Shown here: positions 59,640 through 64,000 of the stretch, piece by piece
How positions within the stretch are numbered: the stretch's first letter is position 1
Layout of the letters: each line of letters opens with the position of its first letter
NCBI GenBank assembly: GCA_976551045.1
Contig: CDPCPM010000238.1
Coordinates: 2,666,001-2,730,000 of the forward strand
Source of the DNA: Glaucostegus cemiculus
Lineage: Eukaryota
DNA: 64,000 nt
Direction: 5' to 3'
Program-made: the position numbers and the translations under genes
Notes under the pieces: generated by a model
Databases searched by the model: none
What the model was told of the DNA's origin: nothing
The model's input: only the letters and a program-made list of their open reading frames with translations

Positions 59640-62600
59640 TTTAACACGGACTAGCAAGGGTAGAGAAGCGAAATAGGATAGGTGAACGAGTGGCCAAAGA
59701 GCTGGTACAGGAGGGAGGGCTTCACGTACTTGGAACAATGGGATCTGTTCTGGGGCAGGTGGGACAGGTAAAACGAAGTCGGGTTACACCTAATATGGAA
59801 GGATTGCAAGATCCGTGCAGCGAGGTTTTTTTCACGCTAATCGGGAGTTTTAATTTAACTTGGAAGGGGTGGGAATAATGGAAGCAGTATAGCTGCTGGG
59901 GAGAAAAATATAGAGAGTAAACCAAACAAGTCCAATGGGCAGAGCAAAGTGTGGCAGGTTTGGGAGCACGGGAGGTCTGGCTGGCTCAGCTGCATTGACC
60001 GACTGCAAGGCACTTCACAGGTAAATCAGATGAGAATGTAGTGATCAGCACTTGCATTTATGATATTATTGCAAATGCAGAAACATGGTTGAGGTAAGGG
60101 CTGGAATGGCAGCGTGATGTTGCAGGGTATAGAAGTTTCAAAGTGACAGTGAGAAAGCAAAAGAGGAGGGGGCGGGTTGCCCTAATGATTAGAGCGAAAG
60201 TAATTGCAGAAATCGGTGTTACTTTGGAGGGATCATCCAATGAGGCCATATGGGTAGAAGAACTTATACCTATTTAAGAAAGGGAGACCCTTTGCTGGGG
60301 TTATATTATAGCACTCCGAAGAGTAAGCAGGAATTAGTGGAACAGATATGTAAGCAAATCACAGAAAGGTGTTAGAACAATAGACTTATAGTCGTAGAGG
60401 ACTTTAACCTCAGTATTGATTTGGATTGCCTTAGTGAAAGGGGTGTAGGCTGGGCCGAATTTGTTAAGTGTTTGCACGCAAGTTTTATGAGGAAATATAT
60501 AGACAGTCCTGGCCAGAGATGGCGCAGTGCTCAATCTTATCCTAGGGAATGAAACTAGACAGGTGTTGGAAGTGTCGGTGGGGGAACAGTTTGGGAACAG
60601 TGACCATAATTCTCTCAGTTTCAAAGTATTTATGAACAGTGAAAATGTTTATCGTCAATTTTAAGTCTTGAATCGGGGAAAAGCTGATTTCAATAGCATA
60701 AAGAGGACCCCTCGAAAGTAGATTGGGAGCAGATGACTGAGGGTAAAACAATAGCTGACAAGTGGGAGCCTCTTTAAAATTATGAGTTCCTATCCAGCAT
60801 GTTCTGGTTAGGGCGAAATGTAAAGATGACAATCTTGGGGAACATTGGATGGCAAATAAGACTGACGATTTTATTTTGAATTAAAAGGAAGCATATGGCA
60901 GGTATAGGCAACTGGAATCCAATGGGACGTGGTGGAATATAGAGCATGGAGGAGAGAACTTAAGAATTAAATTAGGAGGTTAAAATGTTGCAATGAAATA
61001 TCCCTGGCAAGTAAAATTAAGGAGAATCCCAATTCATTCTGTAAGCTTATCAGGAGAAAGAAGGTAACCCGGGAAAGATTGGGTCTATTTAAGGACCAAA
61101 GGTGCAATCCATGTGTGTGGCCATGTGGTGTGGCCAAAGATATAAATGAATATAACTCATGTGCAGTTACTGAGGAGAGGGCGTGGAATATAGTGAGTTC
61201 AGGGAGGGGTACACAGATAACCAGGACCTTGTCAGTATTAAGAAGGAAGAGGTATCAGATGTCATGGGACACCTACGTGTTGATAAATCCCCAGGGCCAC
61301 GTAATGTCTCAGCTTGCTGAGGGAAGCAAAGATGGAGGGATATAGCTGGGTCCCGACAGACGTTTTTGCATCTTCGTTCACCACAGGTGAGGTGCTAGAA
61401 GACTGTAAGTTAGCAAATATTCCTTCAATTAAAAAATGCAGCAGGGATTAGCCAGGTAGCTGCAGGCTGGCGAGCCTAACGTGAGTGATGGGAAATTATT
61501 GAAGAAAATCTGGAGGGAATGGGTTTATGTATGTATATTTGGAAAGGCAGAGACTGATCAGGGATAGTCATCATGGCTCTGTGCAGAGGGAACCCCTCCT
61601 CATTCATTTGATTATTTTTTGAGGGGGAAACTAAGACGATTGATGATGGCAGGATGGTAGAAATTGCTAATATGGACATTAGTAAGGCATTTGACAAAGT
61701 GCCCTGTGGGAAACTGGTCCAGAAGTTTACGGAACATGGGACCCACGCTGAGCTGGCTAATTGGATCCAAAACTGGCCTGGTGAAAAGAGGCAGCGGGAA
61801 GTGATAGAAGGACGCTTTTCATTGGAGGTCTGTGACCGACGATGTATCATAGGAACAAGTGCTCGGCCCATTGTTGTTTGTTACCTATTTTAACGACTTG
61901 GATGTGAATGTAAGAGGTGGGCTTCGTATGAGTGTGATGATACGAATATTGGTGGTGTTGTGGATAGTGACGAAGCGTATAGAAGGCGGCAGCAGCATAC
62001 AGAATCATTGAATTGTAGAACACAGAAACTCGTCCTTTTGGCCCACCTTATCCGTACCGATCATGATGCCTGCCCGTGCCAATCCCATTTGTCTGCCTCG
62101 CCCCCGTATCCCTCTCTGCCTTCACTATCCAATCACTTGTCCAAATGCCTTTTGAAGATTGTAACTTCATCCATCTCTTCCACCTCCTCTTCCACTCCTA
62201 GAGAAACACCACCGTCTGTATGAAAATTGTACCCCCAGATCTCCTACAACATTCTCTCTTTACCTTAGACCTATGCCCGCTAATTTTAGACCCTCCCACA
62301 CCAGGGAAAGGAAAACTCTGACCATCTATTTGTTTATATAAATATAAGATGTTCTCCATTGATGTTGCCATTCCAGGTGAGAAGGAATATTCAAGGGGAT
62401 TTGGGGAGAGAGATTTTACACAGAAAGTGATTGAAATCTGCAACGTACTGCTAGTGGAGTTAGTGGAATCAGATGCAATCACTCATTTTAAAATCCACGT
62501 CGACAGGCACTGTGATACGCACGGCATGGCATAATGTGGACCTAATGAGGGAAAATGTGATTCGTGTAGATGGGCGACATGATTGGCATGGACGTGATGG

Positions 62601-62640
62601 GCCGAAGGGCCCTGTTCCGTGCTCTATAACTTTGGAACTC
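59640..62640 (+). mobile_element. Long decayed CR1 LINE (ORF1 end, endonuclease, RT, 3' end) interrupted by an antisense CR1 3' piece at ~61995-62340
   Basis: YDIIA-AETW, VVEDFN, VLNLILGNE, GNSDHN (endonuclease); MDISKAFDKVP...WIQNW (RT); FTQKVIEICN (C-terminus); many stops and frameshifts. Confidence 0.9.
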
Positions 62641-63189
62641 TGATATCTTCAAACAGGTTTTGATTCTCAGACACGATAGATAGCATTAGGTTATGTTGCT
62701 GATCAATGCTCAAAGCTGCATTGGGAGAAGTAATTTCTTGCCGATATCATTTTGTGGATGACATGTAAAAAATATAATAAATTTTTATCCAGCACGAAAT
62801 TAGATCAGTAGGTCACCACGGCCAATGCCAATCATGCTGCCAACCTGCACTGATCCTATTTGCTCGTATTGCATTCATTTGGACGTTTAATTTTCAAAGC
62901 ACAGCCCTTTCTTCCAAAATTCGTATATACGTTATTTTTCTGCGCTGGTGGTTTATTTCACGGCAGTTTTGAAGTTTACATCACATTTGAATTGCTATAT
63001 CTTCGAGTACCTTTATATCAGATCTAATTTAGGATACTTCCTCTAAATCTATTGAAAACTGATCTCTGTAAGAAAAGTACCGTCCCAGAACACATTCTGG
63101 GCAACCGAATATTATTAGATATTTTCCGCCACTTTATTTGAAAGCAGCACGGTGCCAGAATTTGAATCTTGCGGGCGGGTTACAGACGT

Positions 63190-63680
63190 CGGAAGTATGG
63201 TGCTTTAACTTTTCAATCATAAACCTAAGACACTTTGGAGTGCTGATAGAGACCAACAATAAGGTGTTGGATTTGCGGCCGAGGTGGAAGGAGGTCGTGA
63301 TGCCGGGGTGTAAGTCTGCAACACTTCAGCGAAGCCACAAGGTGGAGCCTTGTGCGCAGGAAAAGGAGGCTCTCCATGACACATGAGGAGAAACGATTTT
63401 TTCTGATGAAGGATTCAGAAGGGAGGGACATAAGCTCTGAATTCGCTCGGGCCATTCAACAACAAAGCCAGGAAGACATTTTTCATTCAGAAAGTTGTAG
63501 AATCTAGACCCCTACCCCGAAGAAGGGCGAAAATATTCGGACAAATGGAGATTTTAAGACGAAGGTGATAGACTGCCCTTGGTTCAGAATCTCAGGGGAT
63601 ATTAAGTTAAGATAAGCAAATGGAGCTGAACTACAGAGCATCTGGTTGACGAAGGGCTAAATGGTTTATTGCTGCTACTT
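63190..63680 (+). mobile_element. Decayed CR1-like 3' fragment
   Basis: caggaagacatttttcattcagaaagttgtagaatct...gattttaagac resembles a CR1 3' end; boundaries approximate. Confidence 0.45.
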
Positions 63681-63936
63681 TTGTGAGGCGACAGACTCCA
63701 ACTTTAGATCTATATTCATTTAAACACGGTTTCAAAGCAAAATTCCACTGTTGTTCATCGGGAAAAAATAAAGTTCGCATATAAGTCCAACATACCCCGT
63801 CCTGGTTGACTGGTGGAACATCTGTTGAACTGATGATAGTGCTGCCGATTGTACATTTAATCACTTGACATACAATTTCTCCTGGGATGCTCAGTTCTCA
63901 CTGCAACAGCAAACCCTGGAGTTATGTAGTAATGGG

Positions 63937-64000
63937 TACAGGCCGTCCCCGAGCTACGATGGGGTTATGTTTATAAGTGGGGAAAGTACACCAAGTCAAT
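63937..64000 (+). mobile_element. Possible Tigger/pogo-type DNA transposon terminus
   Basis: TA followed by caggccgtccccgagctacgatggggttatgtt resembles Tigger-like terminal inverted repeats; the partner end is not in the window. Confidence 0.4.

Noticed and set aside
1-64000. Prokaryotic features (operons, CRISPR arrays), rRNA or tRNA genes
   Set aside because: None seen. The sequence is intron-rich vertebrate DNA, and tRNA-like B boxes belong to SINE heads.

Overview
Eukaryotic (vertebrate) genomic DNA, most likely a cartilaginous fish (elasmobranch), judged from HE1/V-SINE-type SINEs, CR1 LINEs and Penelope-like remnants. The window is dominated by a head-to-tail tandem duplication of a ~15.3 kb unit (homologous starts at 1, 15297, 30661, 45970). 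Each unit carries one intact 7-exon immunoglobulin-superfamily receptor gene on the minus strand: leader, single-exon VJ-type V domain, C1-set domain, uncharged TM, and three cytoplasmic exons with four tyrosine motifs (TAYATL, VIYSQT, LTYAAL, SVYAGV). I reconstructed it by hand from GT-AG sites with consistent phases (351 aa in copies 1-3, 345 aa in copy 4). Architecture and tail resemble SIRP-alpha-like inhibitory receptors and non-rearranging VJ-C1 antigen-receptor-like genes; orthology cannot be fixed without a search. Outside the leader peptide, the proteins of copies 1-3 differ only in the V domain, where copy 1 differs almost entirely by amino-acid-changing substitutions. Copy 4 has an identical terminal exon but a V domain only ~60% identical. 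The remainder is introns, intergenic sequence and decayed transposons. Most ORFs in the supplied track are spurious.
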